Part shown: positions 53,251 to 62,481 of the stretch, piece after piece | Position numbering within the stretch: the first letter of the stretch is position 1 | Layout of the letters: every line of letters begins with the position of its first letter | Assembly (NCBI GenBank): GCA_965214485.1 | Contig: CBDCBW010000010.1 | Location: forward strand, 130,594 to 194,593 | DNA from: Rhodothermales bacterium | GTDB taxonomy: Bacteria > Bacteroidota > Rhodothermia > Rhodothermales > JANQRZ01 | Direction of reading: 5' to 3' | DNA length: 64,000 nt | The notes under the pieces: generated by a model | What the model saw: the letters and a program-made list of their open reading frames with translations, nothing else | Told to the model about the DNA's origin: nothing | Databases searched by the model: none | Made by a program: the position numbers and the translations under genes

Positions 53251-53862
53251 GCGTTCTTCGGTGGGCCGTTCAGCGTGGACTACGAGGAGGCCCCGCCGGG
53301 GTGGCTCCTGCGCCACCTCCCGTGGTCGGCGCGGGGCATGGAGTTCTCCGGCCCGGACGCCGAGAAGCGCCCCGACTACTACCTCGGATTCAACTGGGCC
53401 GCCTTCGCCGGCGACATTCGGGCGGCGGGCGGCTTCGACCCGAACTTCGGCCCCGGCTCGCCGACGGGTGCCCGAGGGCAGGAGACGTACATGCAGAAGG
53501 CCCTCCGGCAGTGCGGGGCCGAGGCCGTAGACGTACCCGAGGCGCGGGTCTGGCACTATGTCCCCCGCGAGCGCTGCTCGCCGCAGTGGGTGGTCCGCCG
53601 GCTCCACAGCTCGGGCCGGAGCCGGGGCAGCGAGGAGCGGCGGGCGCACGAGCGCCGCCGGACGAAGCGCGCCGTGCGGTCCGTCGCCAAGCTCCTGCCT
53701 CGCGCGGCCCGGCTGCTGCACCGGCGCGGCACCCGCGAGTGGTACCACGTCGCCATCCCGCTCTCGTGGTCGCTGGGCGTGCTGCGCGGCTACCTGATCC
53801 CTGCCTCCCCGCCGCAGGCGCGCCGCGACGCCGGGCGCACCTCCGCCACCTCGCACCCCTAA
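52879..53862 (+). CDS. Glycosyltransferase family 2, module copy 1
   Basis: GTG at 52879 (VTPPATPIPLSAVIPTYGRAALLARTLDSL), 3 nt after the upstream stop. The DxD-like motif is FFDDDV. Confidence 0.7.
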   Translation: MTPPATPIPLSAVIPTYGRAALLARTLDSLAACARPPGYAGTLVVENGPKGAAEALVAEAAGRHPGLGLRYLHAERANKSAALNAALADESLRGLLVFFDDDVRMAPGLLEAYAAAAAAHPEGGAFFGGPFSVDYEEAPPGWLLRHLPWSARGMEFSGPDAEKRPDYYLGFNWAAFAGDIRAAGGFDPNFGPGSPTGARGQETYMQKALRQCGAEAVDVPEARVWHYVPRERCSPQWVVRRLHSSGRSRGSEERRAHERRRTKRAVRSVAKLLPRAARLLHRRGTREWYHVAIPLSWSLGVLRGYLIPASPPQARRDAGRTSATSHP

Positions 53863-53868
53863 GCTCCG

Positions 53869-54684
53869 ATGCCCCCCTCGTTACTCCGAAGAGCGTACCG
53901 CCGCGTCCGCCGAGGCAGCCGGCCGGCCCCGGGCCCGCTGGAGAACGTGTATTTCCTGCACATCCCCAAGTGCGGCGGGACGTCGGTGGACGTGGCGTTC
54001 CAGGAAAGCTACCGCGCCGCCGGGCACGCCACGGCGCAGCTCGACGTGCACGCCTCGGAGCAAGCCGCGAAGGTGGCCGGCATGTGGGTCGAGCCGTACC
54101 GGCGTCGCATCCTCCTCTACCACCTGGCGTCGGAGAGGACGCGCTACCTCTCGGGCCACTTCAACTACAGCGGCTCCGCTCAGCGCGCCTTCCCCGACTG
54201 GCACTACGTCACGATCCTGCGCGACCCTGTCAAACGGTGGCTTTCGCATTATTTCTACAACCGGTACCAGAGTAAGGAGTACCGCATCGCCGAATCGCTC
54301 GACGCCTTCCTCGACTCGAAGCGGGCGCGGCGCTACGGGCTGAACTACGTGTGGAGCCTGGCCGAGGGCTTCAAGATGAAGCAGGCCGATTCCCCCGAGG
54401 CGATCGCGGCGGCGGTAGCCAACCTCGAACGCTTCGCCGTCGTTGGCCTGCTCGAACGCCTCGACGTTTTTGCCAGCGACTGCGAGCGGGCCTTCGGCCT
54501 CGACCCCGCCATCGGCCACCACCGCCGCAGCACGCGCGCCGCGCAGCAGCAGCAGGAGGACGTCAGCGACGAGGCGCTCGGGCGCATCCGCGCGCTCTGC
54601 GAGCCCAACCGCCGGGTCTACGACGCCGCCCGCGCCCGCATCGACCGCCATGGCTCCTGGCTCACCGCACCGCCCTCGCCCTGA
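53869..54684 (+). CDS. Sulfotransferase family 2-type enzyme, module copy 2
   Basis: 271 aa with FLHIPKCGGTSVD and LRDPVKRWLS. It is diverged from copy 1 except for an identical C-terminal 32 aa. Confidence 0.7.
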   Translation: MPPSLLRRAYRRVRRGSRPAPGPLENVYFLHIPKCGGTSVDVAFQESYRAAGHATAQLDVHASEQAAKVAGMWVEPYRRRILLYHLASERTRYLSGHFNYSGSAQRAFPDWHYVTILRDPVKRWLSHYFYNRYQSKEYRIAESLDAFLDSKRARRYGLNYVWSLAEGFKMKQADSPEAIAAAVANLERFAVVGLLERLDVFASDCERAFGLDPAIGHHRRSTRAAQQQQEDVSDEALGRIRALCEPNRRVYDAARARIDRHGSWLTAPPSP

Positions 54685-55058
54685 CTGTGACCCCTCCCGC
54701 GACCCCCATCCCCCTGAGCGCCGTCATCCCGACCTACGGGCGCGCGGCGCTCCTGGCGCGCACGCTCGACTCGCTCGCCGCCTGCGCCCGCCCGCCGGGC
54801 TACGCCGGCACGCTCGTCGTCGAGAACGGACCGAAGGGCGCGGCCGAGGCCCTCGTCGCCGAGGCCGCGGGGCGGCACCCGGGGCTGGGCCTGCGGTATC
54901 TGCACGCCGAGCGCGCCAACAAGAGCGCCGCGCTCAACGCCGCGCTCGCCGACGAGTCGCTGCGGGGCTTGCTGGTCTTCTTCGACGACGACGTGCGCAT
55001 GGCCCCGGGGCTGCTGGAGGCCTACGCCGCCGCTGCCGCGGCGCACCCCGAGGGCGGC
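54582..55058 (+). repeat. Second copy of the 477-bp identical block
   Basis: See 52774-53250. Confidence 0.9.
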
Positions 55059-55610
55059 ACGTTCTTCGGCGGCCCGATGAGCGTGGACTACGAGGAGGCC
55101 CCGCCGGGGTGGCTCCTGCGCCACCTCCCCTTCTCGGCGCGAGGCGTCGAGTTCGACCAGGGGCCTCGGCCCGACCACTTCATGGGGTGCAACTGGGCCG
55201 CCTTCGCCGGCGACGCGCGGGCGGCGGGCGGGTTCGCAGAAGACTTCGGCCCCGGCTCTGCGACCGGAGCGACGGGCCAGGAGTCCGAGATGCAGCGCCG
55301 GATGAGTCGGGCGGGGGTCAAGCGGGTGTACGTGCCCGGAGCCCGCGTGTGGCACTACGTCCCGCGCGAGCGCTGCTCGCCGCAGTGGACGCTCGGGCGC
55401 AAGTACCAAGCCGGGATCGAGAAGGGCACCTTCGTCCACGCCCGCCACGGTCGGCAGCCTCGGCGGCTTTGGAAACAGGCGGGGATGGGCCTCCGTGCCC
55501 TCGCGCACTGGGCCAGGGCCAGGCTCCAGGGCGACCCCGCCGAGGCCTTCACCGCCCACGCCGCTCTCCGGAAGAGCACCGGCTTCATCGTCGGCTATTT
55601 GTTCCGCTAA
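54687..55610 (+). CDS. Glycosyltransferase family 2, module copy 2
   Basis: The GTG at 54687 is in the same junction context as 52879. The N-terminal about 124 aa are identical to copy 1 and the rest is diverged. Confidence 0.7.
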   Translation: MTPPATPIPLSAVIPTYGRAALLARTLDSLAACARPPGYAGTLVVENGPKGAAEALVAEAAGRHPGLGLRYLHAERANKSAALNAALADESLRGLLVFFDDDVRMAPGLLEAYAAAAAAHPEGGTFFGGPMSVDYEEAPPGWLLRHLPFSARGVEFDQGPRPDHFMGCNWAAFAGDARAAGGFAEDFGPGSATGATGQESEMQRRMSRAGVKRVYVPGARVWHYVPRERCSPQWTLGRKYQAGIEKGTFVHARHGRQPRRLWKQAGMGLRALAHWARARLQGDPAEAFTAHAALRKSTGFIVGYLFR

Positions 55611-55673
55611 CTTGACGCAGCCCACGCGGCGCGCCCTCGCTGGGCCCCGCGTGCCTCCCCCTCCCCACCGGCC

Positions 55674-57590
55674 ATGCCTGCTCCAGCCTCCTCTTCGGTT
55701 TCCGTCGTCATTCCGTGCTACAACGTCGAGACCTGCGTCGCCGACGCGGTGGCCTCGGCGCTGGCCCAGACGCACGCCCCGCTCGAGGTCATCTGCGTCG
55801 ACGACGGCTCGACCGACGGGACGACGGCGGTGCTGGCCGGCCTCGCGGCGGAGCACCCGGAGGTCGTCCGGGTCGTCGAGGGGGCGCACCGGGGGGCACC
55901 GGCGGCGCGCAACGCGGGGCTCGCGGCGGCCGGCGGCACTTTCGTCCAGTTCCTCGACGCCGACGACCTCCTCTCCCCGCCGAAGCTCGCCCACCAGGTC
56001 AAGCTCGCCGAAGCGCAGCAGGCCGACATCGTCGCGGCGAGCTACTGGCGGCACCTGATCGGGAAGGACCCGTGGCTGCGGCCGGTCGAGCCGGGCGAGG
56101 TGTGGCTGAGCCTCATCAAGGGGCGGCTCGGGATCACCTCGGCCAACCTGTGGCGGCGCGCGGCGGTCAACGCTGCCGGGGGGTGGAACGAGGCGTGGAA
56201 GAGCAGCCAGGAGTACGAGATGATGTTCCGGATGCTCAAGGGCGGTGCGCGCCTCGCCTTCGACGAGGAGCCGCTGACGACGCTGCGCGAGTGGCCCGGC
56301 TCCGTCAGCAGCTGGCACAAGCCGGACGTGCGCGAGCGCCACGTGCGGCTGCGCGTCGAGGTGCTCGAATACCTGCTCGCGCACGAGGGGGTGTCGGAGA
56401 GCCTGCGCCGCGAGGCCCTCGACGCGGTGTTCTTCCGGCTCCGCCGCCTCTACTCGCTCAGCCCGGAGGCGGCCCGGAGGTTCCACCGCCAAGTCATCCC
56501 CCGGGGCTACGTGCCGCCCCGCGAGCTCTACAGCTCGCCGGCCTACGGGCTCGCCTACCGCCTCTTCGGCTTCCACGCCGTCGAGCAGCTCCGGGCGCGG
56601 CTCAGGCGTCCCCCCATCGTCGTCCTGAAGGAGCAGAGCGAGGCCGAGCCCTCTCCCCCTCCGCCGGAGGCCCACCCGCTCGTCTCGGTCGTCATTCCGT
56701 GCTACAACGTCGAGACCTGCGTCGCCGACGCGGTGGCCTCGGCGCTGGCCCAGACGCACGCCCCGCTCGAGGTCATCTGCGTCGACGACGGCTCGACCGA
56801 CGGGACGACGGCGGTGCTGGCCGGCCTCGCGGCGGAGCACCCGGAGGTCGTCCGGGTCGTCGAGGGGGCGCACCGGGGGGCACCGGCGGCGCGCAACGCG
56901 GGGCTCGCGGCGGCCGGCGGCACTTTCGTCCAGTTCCTCGACGCCGACGACGTCATCCTGCCGGAGAAGATCGAGCGGCAGGTCGCGCTTGCGCAGGGGG
57001 CGCGGGCGGACATCGTCGCGGGGGCGTTTCTCCGCTGCTACGACGACGGGCGCGAGGTGCTCCGCGAGGTCGGCGAGGACCCGTGGGTGTCGCTCGTCTG
57101 GAGCCAGCTCGGCGTGACGAGCGCGAACCTGTTCCGCCGGTCCGCCGTCGAGGCCGTCGGCGGCTGGCGCGAGGGGCAGCACAGCAGCCAGGAGTACGAG
57201 CTCATGTTCCGCATGATGAAGGACGGCTCGCGCGTCATCTTCGACCGGACGGTCCACATGCGCAAAGGCATCCGCGACGACTCGATCAGCGGCCCCTACG
57301 ACGCACCCGTCCGCGAGAGCTATCTCGCCTTGTGCACCGACGTGCTGGAGCACCTCCGCGCCGAGGGCTCGCTCACGCCGGAGCAGGAGCAGCGCGTCCT
57401 CGACAGCATCTTCGTCAAGGTCCGCAACCTCTACCCGCTCGACGCCGAGGCCGCGCTCCGCCACCACCGCCGCGCCGTCCCGTGGCGCTACCTCCCGGGC
57501 GACGGCACCGGGACCGGCCTGCCGTTTACGCTGACCTACAAGCTCTTCGGGCTGCGCGCCGCCGAGCGCCTCCGCACCCTCGCCCCGTAG
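55674..57590 (+). CDS. Tandem double GT2 glycosyltransferase (two GT-A domains in one polypeptide)
   Basis: 638 aa. Both halves begin VSVVIPCYNVETCVADAVASALAQTHAPLEVICVDDGSTDGT...FLDADD. The halves then diverge. Confidence 0.8.
   Translation: MPAPASSSVSVVIPCYNVETCVADAVASALAQTHAPLEVICVDDGSTDGTTAVLAGLAAEHPEVVRVVEGAHRGAPAARNAGLAAAGGTFVQFLDADDLLSPPKLAHQVKLAEAQQADIVAASYWRHLIGKDPWLRPVEPGEVWLSLIKGRLGITSANLWRRAAVNAAGGWNEAWKSSQEYEMMFRMLKGGARLAFDEEPLTTLREWPGSVSSWHKPDVRERHVRLRVEVLEYLLAHEGVSESLRREALDAVFFRLRRLYSLSPEAARRFHRQVIPRGYVPPRELYSSPAYGLAYRLFGFHAVEQLRARLRRPPIVVLKEQSEAEPSPPPPEAHPLVSVVIPCYNVETCVADAVASALAQTHAPLEVICVDDGSTDGTTAVLAGLAAEHPEVVRVVEGAHRGAPAARNAGLAAAGGTFVQFLDADDVILPEKIERQVALAQGARADIVAGAFLRCYDDGREVLREVGEDPWVSLVWSQLGVTSANLFRRSAVEAVGGWREGQHSSQEYELMFRMMKDGSRVIFDRTVHMRKGIRDDSISGPYDAPVRESYLALCTDVLEHLRAEGSLTPEQEQRVLDSIFVKVRNLYPLDAEAALRHHRRAVPWRYLPGDGTGTGLPFTLTYKLFGLRAAERLRTLAP
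55704..55967 (+). repeat. 264-bp intragenic block identical to 56688-56951
   Basis: By-eye comparison shows no mismatch at offset 984 bp. The block covers the first about 88 codons of each GT2 domain. Confidence 0.9.
56688..56951 (+). repeat. Second copy of the 264-bp intragenic block
   Basis: See 55704-55967. Confidence 0.9.
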
Positions 57591-57613
57591 TCCCTCCCCG
57601 ACTCCAGCCTCGC

Positions 57614-58627
57614 ATGAACTTCCGCAGCATCGCCCAACTCAGCGACCAACTCGTCAACTGGTCGAAGGAGCTCCCGCACGAGTTCGACCTCATCGTGGGC
57701 ATCCCGCGCAGCGGCCTGCTCGCGGCCAACATGCTCGCGCTCTACCGCAACCTCCCGCTCGCCGACCTCGACGGCTTCCTCGCCGGGCGGTGCATCGGGA
57801 CGGGGAGGACGCGCAAGACGGCCCTCGACGCGAGCGGCGGCTCGGGCGGCTTTCTGGACCAGCCGCGCGACGTGCTCGTGCTCGACGACAGCATCTGGTC
57901 CGGCGAGGCGCTGCACGAGGCGATGGCGAAGGTCGAGGCCGCCGGGCTGCCGCACCGCGTCCGCTACGCGGCGGTCTACGTCACCCCCGACACCGCCGAC
58001 CTGCCGGACTTCTACTGCGAGGTCCTCCGCTATCCCCGCTGCTTCGAGTGGAACGTGCTCCACCACCACGTCCTCCACTGGTCCTACCTCGACATGGACG
58101 GCGTGCTCTGCGCCGACCCGCTCGACCACGAGAACGACGACGGCGAGCGCTACCGGCAGTTCCTCCGCGAGGCCCGCCCGCTCCACCTCCCGAGCGACCG
58201 CCTCAAGGGCATCGTCACGAACCGCCTCGAGAAGTACCGCCCCGAGACCGAGGCGTGGCTCCGCGACCACGGCGTCGAGTACGGCGAGCTCATCATGATG
58301 GACTACCCCGACGGCGCGACGCGGCGGCGGATGAACGCCTACAGCGCGCACAAGGCCCAGGCCTACCGCGACGACGACGAGTCCCGGCTCTTCATCGAGA
58401 GCAGCATCAAGCAGTCCGTCGAGATCGCCGCGCTCTCGAACAAGCCGGTGCTCTGCATCGACACGATGCAGCTCGTCCAGCCGGGCGGCCTCCCCACGGC
58501 CCGGCCGGGGTGGCCGCTCACCGACGCCTACGAGCCGACGCTCTCGCGCCGCGTCGCGCGCCGCGTGCTCCCGGACCCGGTGCGCGAGCGGCTCTACGCC
58601 GTCCGCCGCGCATTCAACGGTAGCTAA
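57614..58627 (+). CDS. Phosphoribosyltransferase-domain / HAD-like phosphatase-domain fusion protein
   Basis: Start at the ATG at 57614. The N-half has DLIVGIPRSGLLAANMLA and the PRPP-binding loop VLVLDDSIWSGEAL. The C-half begins YLDMDGVLCADP (HAD motif I, DxDGV). Confidence 0.6.
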   Translation: MNFRSIAQLSDQLVNWSKELPHEFDLIVGIPRSGLLAANMLALYRNLPLADLDGFLAGRCIGTGRTRKTALDASGGSGGFLDQPRDVLVLDDSIWSGEALHEAMAKVEAAGLPHRVRYAAVYVTPDTADLPDFYCEVLRYPRCFEWNVLHHHVLHWSYLDMDGVLCADPLDHENDDGERYRQFLREARPLHLPSDRLKGIVTNRLEKYRPETEAWLRDHGVEYGELIMMDYPDGATRRRMNAYSAHKAQAYRDDDESRLFIESSIKQSVEIAALSNKPVLCIDTMQLVQPGGLPTARPGWPLTDAYEPTLSRRVARRVLPDPVRERLYAVRRAFNGS

Positions 58628-58643
58628 CCGATCTAGCTGACCG

Positions 58644-59609
58644 ATGCAGCCGCTCGTCTCCGTCCTCATCGCCGCCTACAACGCCGAGCCGTGGCTCGCC
58701 GAGACGCTCGACTCGGCCCTCGGGCAGACGTGGCCGCGCACCGAGGTCATCGTCGTGGACGACGGCTCGACCGACGGCACGCTCGCCGTGGCGCGGCGCT
58801 ACCGGGGGCGGGTGCGCGTCGTCGCGCAGGAGAACGCCGGGGCGTGCGCCGCCCGCAACGCCGCCCTCGCCCTCGCCCAGGGCGACTTCGTCCAGTACCT
58901 TGACGCCGACGACCTCCTCGACCCGGAGAAGATCGAGGTCCAGGTGCGCCGCCTCGCCGGCGAGCCGCCCGGCACCGTCGCCTCGTCGGCGTGGTCGCGC
59001 TTCTACGGCGACGACCTGGGCACGGCGGACCTCACGCCGCAGCCGGGCTGGCGGGACTTCGACCCGGCGCACACGTGGCTCATCGAGGCGTGGAAAGGGT
59101 GCGGGATGATGCCGCTGTTCGGCTGGCTCATCCCGCGCGCCGTCGCCGAGGCGGCGGGGCCGTGGGACGAGACGCTCCGGCGGAACCAGGACGGGGAGTA
59201 CAACGCCCGGGTGCTCACACGCGCGGCGAAGATCGCCTTCTGCCCCGAGGCGTGGGGGTACTACCGCAGTGGGATGGCCGGCAGCATCAGCCGCCGCCGC
59301 GACGACGGCGCGCTGCGCTCGCTCTTCGACTCCTACGCTTTGTGCCAGGCGCACCTCCTCGGCGTGGACGACTCCGCCGAGGCGCGGCACGCCGTGGCGT
59401 GCTCGTGGCAGACCTTCCTGTTCACCGTCTACCCCCGCGTGCCGGACCTCGTGCGCGAGGCCGAAGCCCGCGTCAGAGCGCTCGGCGGCGGCAGCCGGAC
59501 ACCCGGCGTCAGCCGCCCGTTCCGCCCGGTGCGCGACCTCATCGGGTGGAAGCCCGCCCTGCGCTTGCAGCGGCTGTGGTACCGGCTCCGCTACCCCGAA
59601 TACCTCTGA
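58644..59609 (+). CDS. Glycosyltransferase family 2
   Basis: VSVLIAAYNAEPWLAETLDSALGQTWPRTEVIVVDDGSTDGT...YLDADD. Confidence 0.8.
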   Translation: MQPLVSVLIAAYNAEPWLAETLDSALGQTWPRTEVIVVDDGSTDGTLAVARRYRGRVRVVAQENAGACAARNAALALAQGDFVQYLDADDLLDPEKIEVQVRRLAGEPPGTVASSAWSRFYGDDLGTADLTPQPGWRDFDPAHTWLIEAWKGCGMMPLFGWLIPRAVAEAAGPWDETLRRNQDGEYNARVLTRAAKIAFCPEAWGYYRSGMAGSISRRRDDGALRSLFDSYALCQAHLLGVDDSAEARHAVACSWQTFLFTVYPRVPDLVREAEARVRALGGGSRTPGVSRPFRPVRDLIGWKPALRLQRLWYRLRYPEYL

Positions 59610-59614
59610 GCCCG

Positions 59615-60862
59615 ATGGCACGAATCGCAATCGCGACCGGCGCTCACCTCTGCCGCAACCCGCGCGTGGTGAAAGAGGCCACGGCGCTCCGCGACGCCGG
59701 GCACGACGCCGTAGTCCTCGGGCCGGCGCTGGACGAAGCCCTAGTCGAGGAGGACGCCCGGCTGGCGCGCGAAGGGGGGTTCGAGCACCGCTTCGTCGTC
59801 GACGTGCGGCGCGGGGCCCGGGGCCGGGAGCGCCACCGCCTCGTCCGCCGCGCCGCCACCGAGGCCGTCGCGCGGCTCGGATGGGAGCGCCCCGAGGCCC
59901 TCGGCTACGGCGTGCGCCGCACCCTCGACGCCGCCCGCGCCGAGCGGGCCGACCTCACGATCGGACATCAGGAAATCGGCGTCTACGTCGCGGCCCAGCT
60001 CGGGCGCGAGGGCCGGCGGGTCGGGGCCGACATCGAGGACTGGCACTCCGAGGACCAGCTTCAGAGCGCGGCGACGCGCCCGCGCCGCCTGCTGCGCGCC
60101 AGCGAAACGGCCCTTGTCCGCGAGGCCGCCCACGTCACGACGACCTCGCAGGCGCTCGCCGACGCCCTCGCCAAGGCGGCCGGGGCCCGCACCCCGGCGG
60201 TGCTTTACAACGCCTTTCCTTGGGCGGACCGGGCCGCCCTCGACGGGCGCGCCGTGGACCGACCGGCGGGCGGCGAGCGCGCGTCGCTCCACTGGGTCTC
60301 GCAGACGGTAGGCCAGGGCCGGGGACTGTCGACGCTCTGCGAAGCCCTCGCTGCCGTCGCCCGGCCCGTCGACCTGCACCTGCGCGGGCGCACGAGCGCC
60401 GAGGACGAAGCGTGGCTCCGCGCCCGCTTCCCGGCGGCCCCCGGCCACCGGCTCTTGCTGCACGGCCTCGTCCCGCCGGGCAAGCTCCTCAGCCGCATCG
60501 CCGAGCACGACGTCGGGCTCGCGCTCGAGGAGTACGAGCCGCCGAGCCGAAACCTGACGGTGACCAACAAAATCCTGCACTACCTTCTGGCCGGCCTCGC
60601 CGTCGTCGCGACCGACACGGCGGGGCAGCGCGAGGTGGCGGCCCAGGCTCCGGGGGCCGTCGCCCTCTGCCGGGGCGGCGACGCCGACAGCCTGGCCGCC
60701 GCCCTCAACACCCTGCTGGCTGCGCCCGAAGCCCTCGGCACCGCCCGAGCCGCCGCCCTCGACGCTGCCGAGGCGACGTTCTCGTGGGAGCGCCAGGTGC
60801 CCGTGCTGCTCGAAAGCATCGAGCGCGCCCTGTCCCCTGTCCGCACCACCTCAGCGCCGTAG
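59615..60862 (+). CDS. Glycosyltransferase, GT-B fold (GT4-like)
   Basis: Start at the ATG at 59615 (MARIAIATGAHLCRNPRVVKEA). The C-terminal half has VGLALEEYEPPSRNLTVTNKILHYLLAGLAVV. Confidence 0.6.
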   Translation: MARIAIATGAHLCRNPRVVKEATALRDAGHDAVVLGPALDEALVEEDARLAREGGFEHRFVVDVRRGARGRERHRLVRRAATEAVARLGWERPEALGYGVRRTLDAARAERADLTIGHQEIGVYVAAQLGREGRRVGADIEDWHSEDQLQSAATRPRRLLRASETALVREAAHVTTTSQALADALAKAAGARTPAVLYNAFPWADRAALDGRAVDRPAGGERASLHWVSQTVGQGRGLSTLCEALAAVARPVDLHLRGRTSAEDEAWLRARFPAAPGHRLLLHGLVPPGKLLSRIAEHDVGLALEEYEPPSRNLTVTNKILHYLLAGLAVVATDTAGQREVAAQAPGAVALCRGGDADSLAAALNTLLAAPEALGTARAAALDAAEATFSWERQVPVLLESIERALSPVRTTSAP

Positions 60863-61174
60863 CTCTCCCGTCCCCGGTCTCCTTTGCCTTTCTCTCTGCC
60901 CTGGAAGCCGAGCCTGCTCAGGCGTCCCTCTGAAAAAGGCACTCCCGAAACACGTTCACGCCGCGCTTAGGGGTACCTTGCACACGGTAAACGAAACGAC
61001 TAACACGAAGCTCTGCCCTCCGCTGTCCCCTGCCGTCCGGTCTTCTGCCGCCCTCGAGCTCGTGGACCGGTCCTGCTCGCGGGACGAAGACCGACAGGAG
61101 AGGCACTTCGGCCGCGGCCCGGAGCGTGCTCGGTTCACCCTCTCGCCGCGCCCAGGGCTGAGCACCCGCACCCC

Positions 61175-62479
61175 ATGAAACGAGTCCTCATCGTAGCGCC
61201 ACACTTCCCACCGTCCAACCTCGCGGCGGTGCACCGGAGTCGGCTCTTCGCCAGGCACCTTCCGGCGTTCGGGTGGGAACCGGTCATCCTCACCGTCCAC
61301 CACAAGTACTACGAGGAGCGGCTCGACTGGAACCTGCAGGGGCTCGTCTCGGACGATCTCTGGGTGGAGCAAGTAAAGGCCCTCCCGACGCGGCCCCTGC
61401 GCGTCGTCGGCAACATCGGCGTGCGCGGCTTCCTGCCGATGCTCCAGCGGGCGCTCCAGATCATCGACCGCGAGGGCATCGACTTCCTCTACATCCCGAT
61501 TCCGTCGTTTTTCGCGGCCCCGCTGGGCCGCATCATTCACCGCCTCCGAGGCGTCCCCTACGGGCTGGACTACATCGACCCGTGGATCCACGAGTGGCCC
61601 GGCTCCGAGCAGGTGTTCACGAAGCACTGGGCGAGCCGCCGGCTCGCCGACGTCCTCGAGCCGTTCTCCGTCAAGGAAGCCTCGCTGATCACGGGCGTCG
61701 CCGAGGGCTATTACCGCGCCGTGCTCGAGCGCAACCCGCACCTCGAGGCCCGCGCGATCACCGCAGCGATGCCCTACGGCGGCGAGGCCGAAGACCACCG
61801 CCGCGTGAGCGAGCTGGGTGTGCAGCCGTACCTCTTCGGGAGGGAGCCGGGCGTCTTCCAGCTCCTCTACGCCGGGGCGCTCCTGCCGCGCGCCTTCAAG
61901 CCGCTCGACCGGGTGTGCCGCGCGATGGCCGAGCACCGCAGCCTGTTCGAGAACGTCCGCTTCCACTTCGTCGGGACCGGCACCTCGCCCAACGACGCCG
62001 AGGGCTACAACGTCCGCCCGATCGCCGAGAAGTACGGCCTGTGGCAGACCGTCATCACCGAGCACCCGGCGCGCATCCCCTACCTCGACGTGCTCGCCCA
62101 CCTCGACGTGGCCGACGCCGTGTTCATCCTGGGCAGCACCGAGCCGCACTACACCCCCTCGAAGGTGTACCAGGGCGTGCTCTCGGAGAAGCCGATCCTC
62201 GCCCTGCTCCACGAAGCCAGCACGGCCTGCGCGGTGCTCCGCGAGACCGGAGCCGGGCACGTCCTCAGCATCGCCGGCGAGGAGGACCTGGGCCGGATCG
62301 AGCGCGAGTTCGCGCCGGCCTTCGAGGACTTCCGCCGGTTCGCCGCCACGTTCGACCCCGCCCAGGTGGACCGGGCCCAGTTTGACAAGTACTCGGCGCG
62401 GAGCGTGACCCACATCCTCGCCGAGGCCATGGACCGCGTGCTCCAGCGTGACAGGGAGACGATGAGGCAACTGACCTGA
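61175..62479 (+). CDS. Glycosyltransferase, GT-B fold (family uncertain)
   Basis: 434 aa. MKRVLIVAPHFPPSNLAAVHRSRLFARHLPAFGWEPVILT is a typical GT-B N-terminal beta-alpha-beta unit. The gene lies in glycan-cluster context. Confidence 0.5.
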   Translation: MKRVLIVAPHFPPSNLAAVHRSRLFARHLPAFGWEPVILTVHHKYYEERLDWNLQGLVSDDLWVEQVKALPTRPLRVVGNIGVRGFLPMLQRALQIIDREGIDFLYIPIPSFFAAPLGRIIHRLRGVPYGLDYIDPWIHEWPGSEQVFTKHWASRRLADVLEPFSVKEASLITGVAEGYYRAVLERNPHLEARAITAAMPYGGEAEDHRRVSELGVQPYLFGREPGVFQLLYAGALLPRAFKPLDRVCRAMAEHRSLFENVRFHFVGTGTSPNDAEGYNVRPIAEKYGLWQTVITEHPARIPYLDVLAHLDVADAVFILGSTEPHYTPSKVYQGVLSEKPILALLHEASTACAVLRETGAGHVLSIAGEEDLGRIEREFAPAFEDFRRFAATFDPAQVDRAQFDKYSARSVTHILAEAMDRVLQRDRETMRQLT

Positions 62480-62481
62480 CG

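Noticed and set aside
54618-57467. 949-aa ORF on the minus strand
   Set aside because: It is antisense to the GT2 genes, which have clear DxD/GT-A motifs. It is Arg/Gly/Pro-rich, and its internal repeat simply mirrors the plus-strand GT2 duplication. The same reasoning applies to other long antisense ORFs (5423-6772, 7401-8891, 20752-22623, 29019-31130, 45504-46796, 60956-62470).
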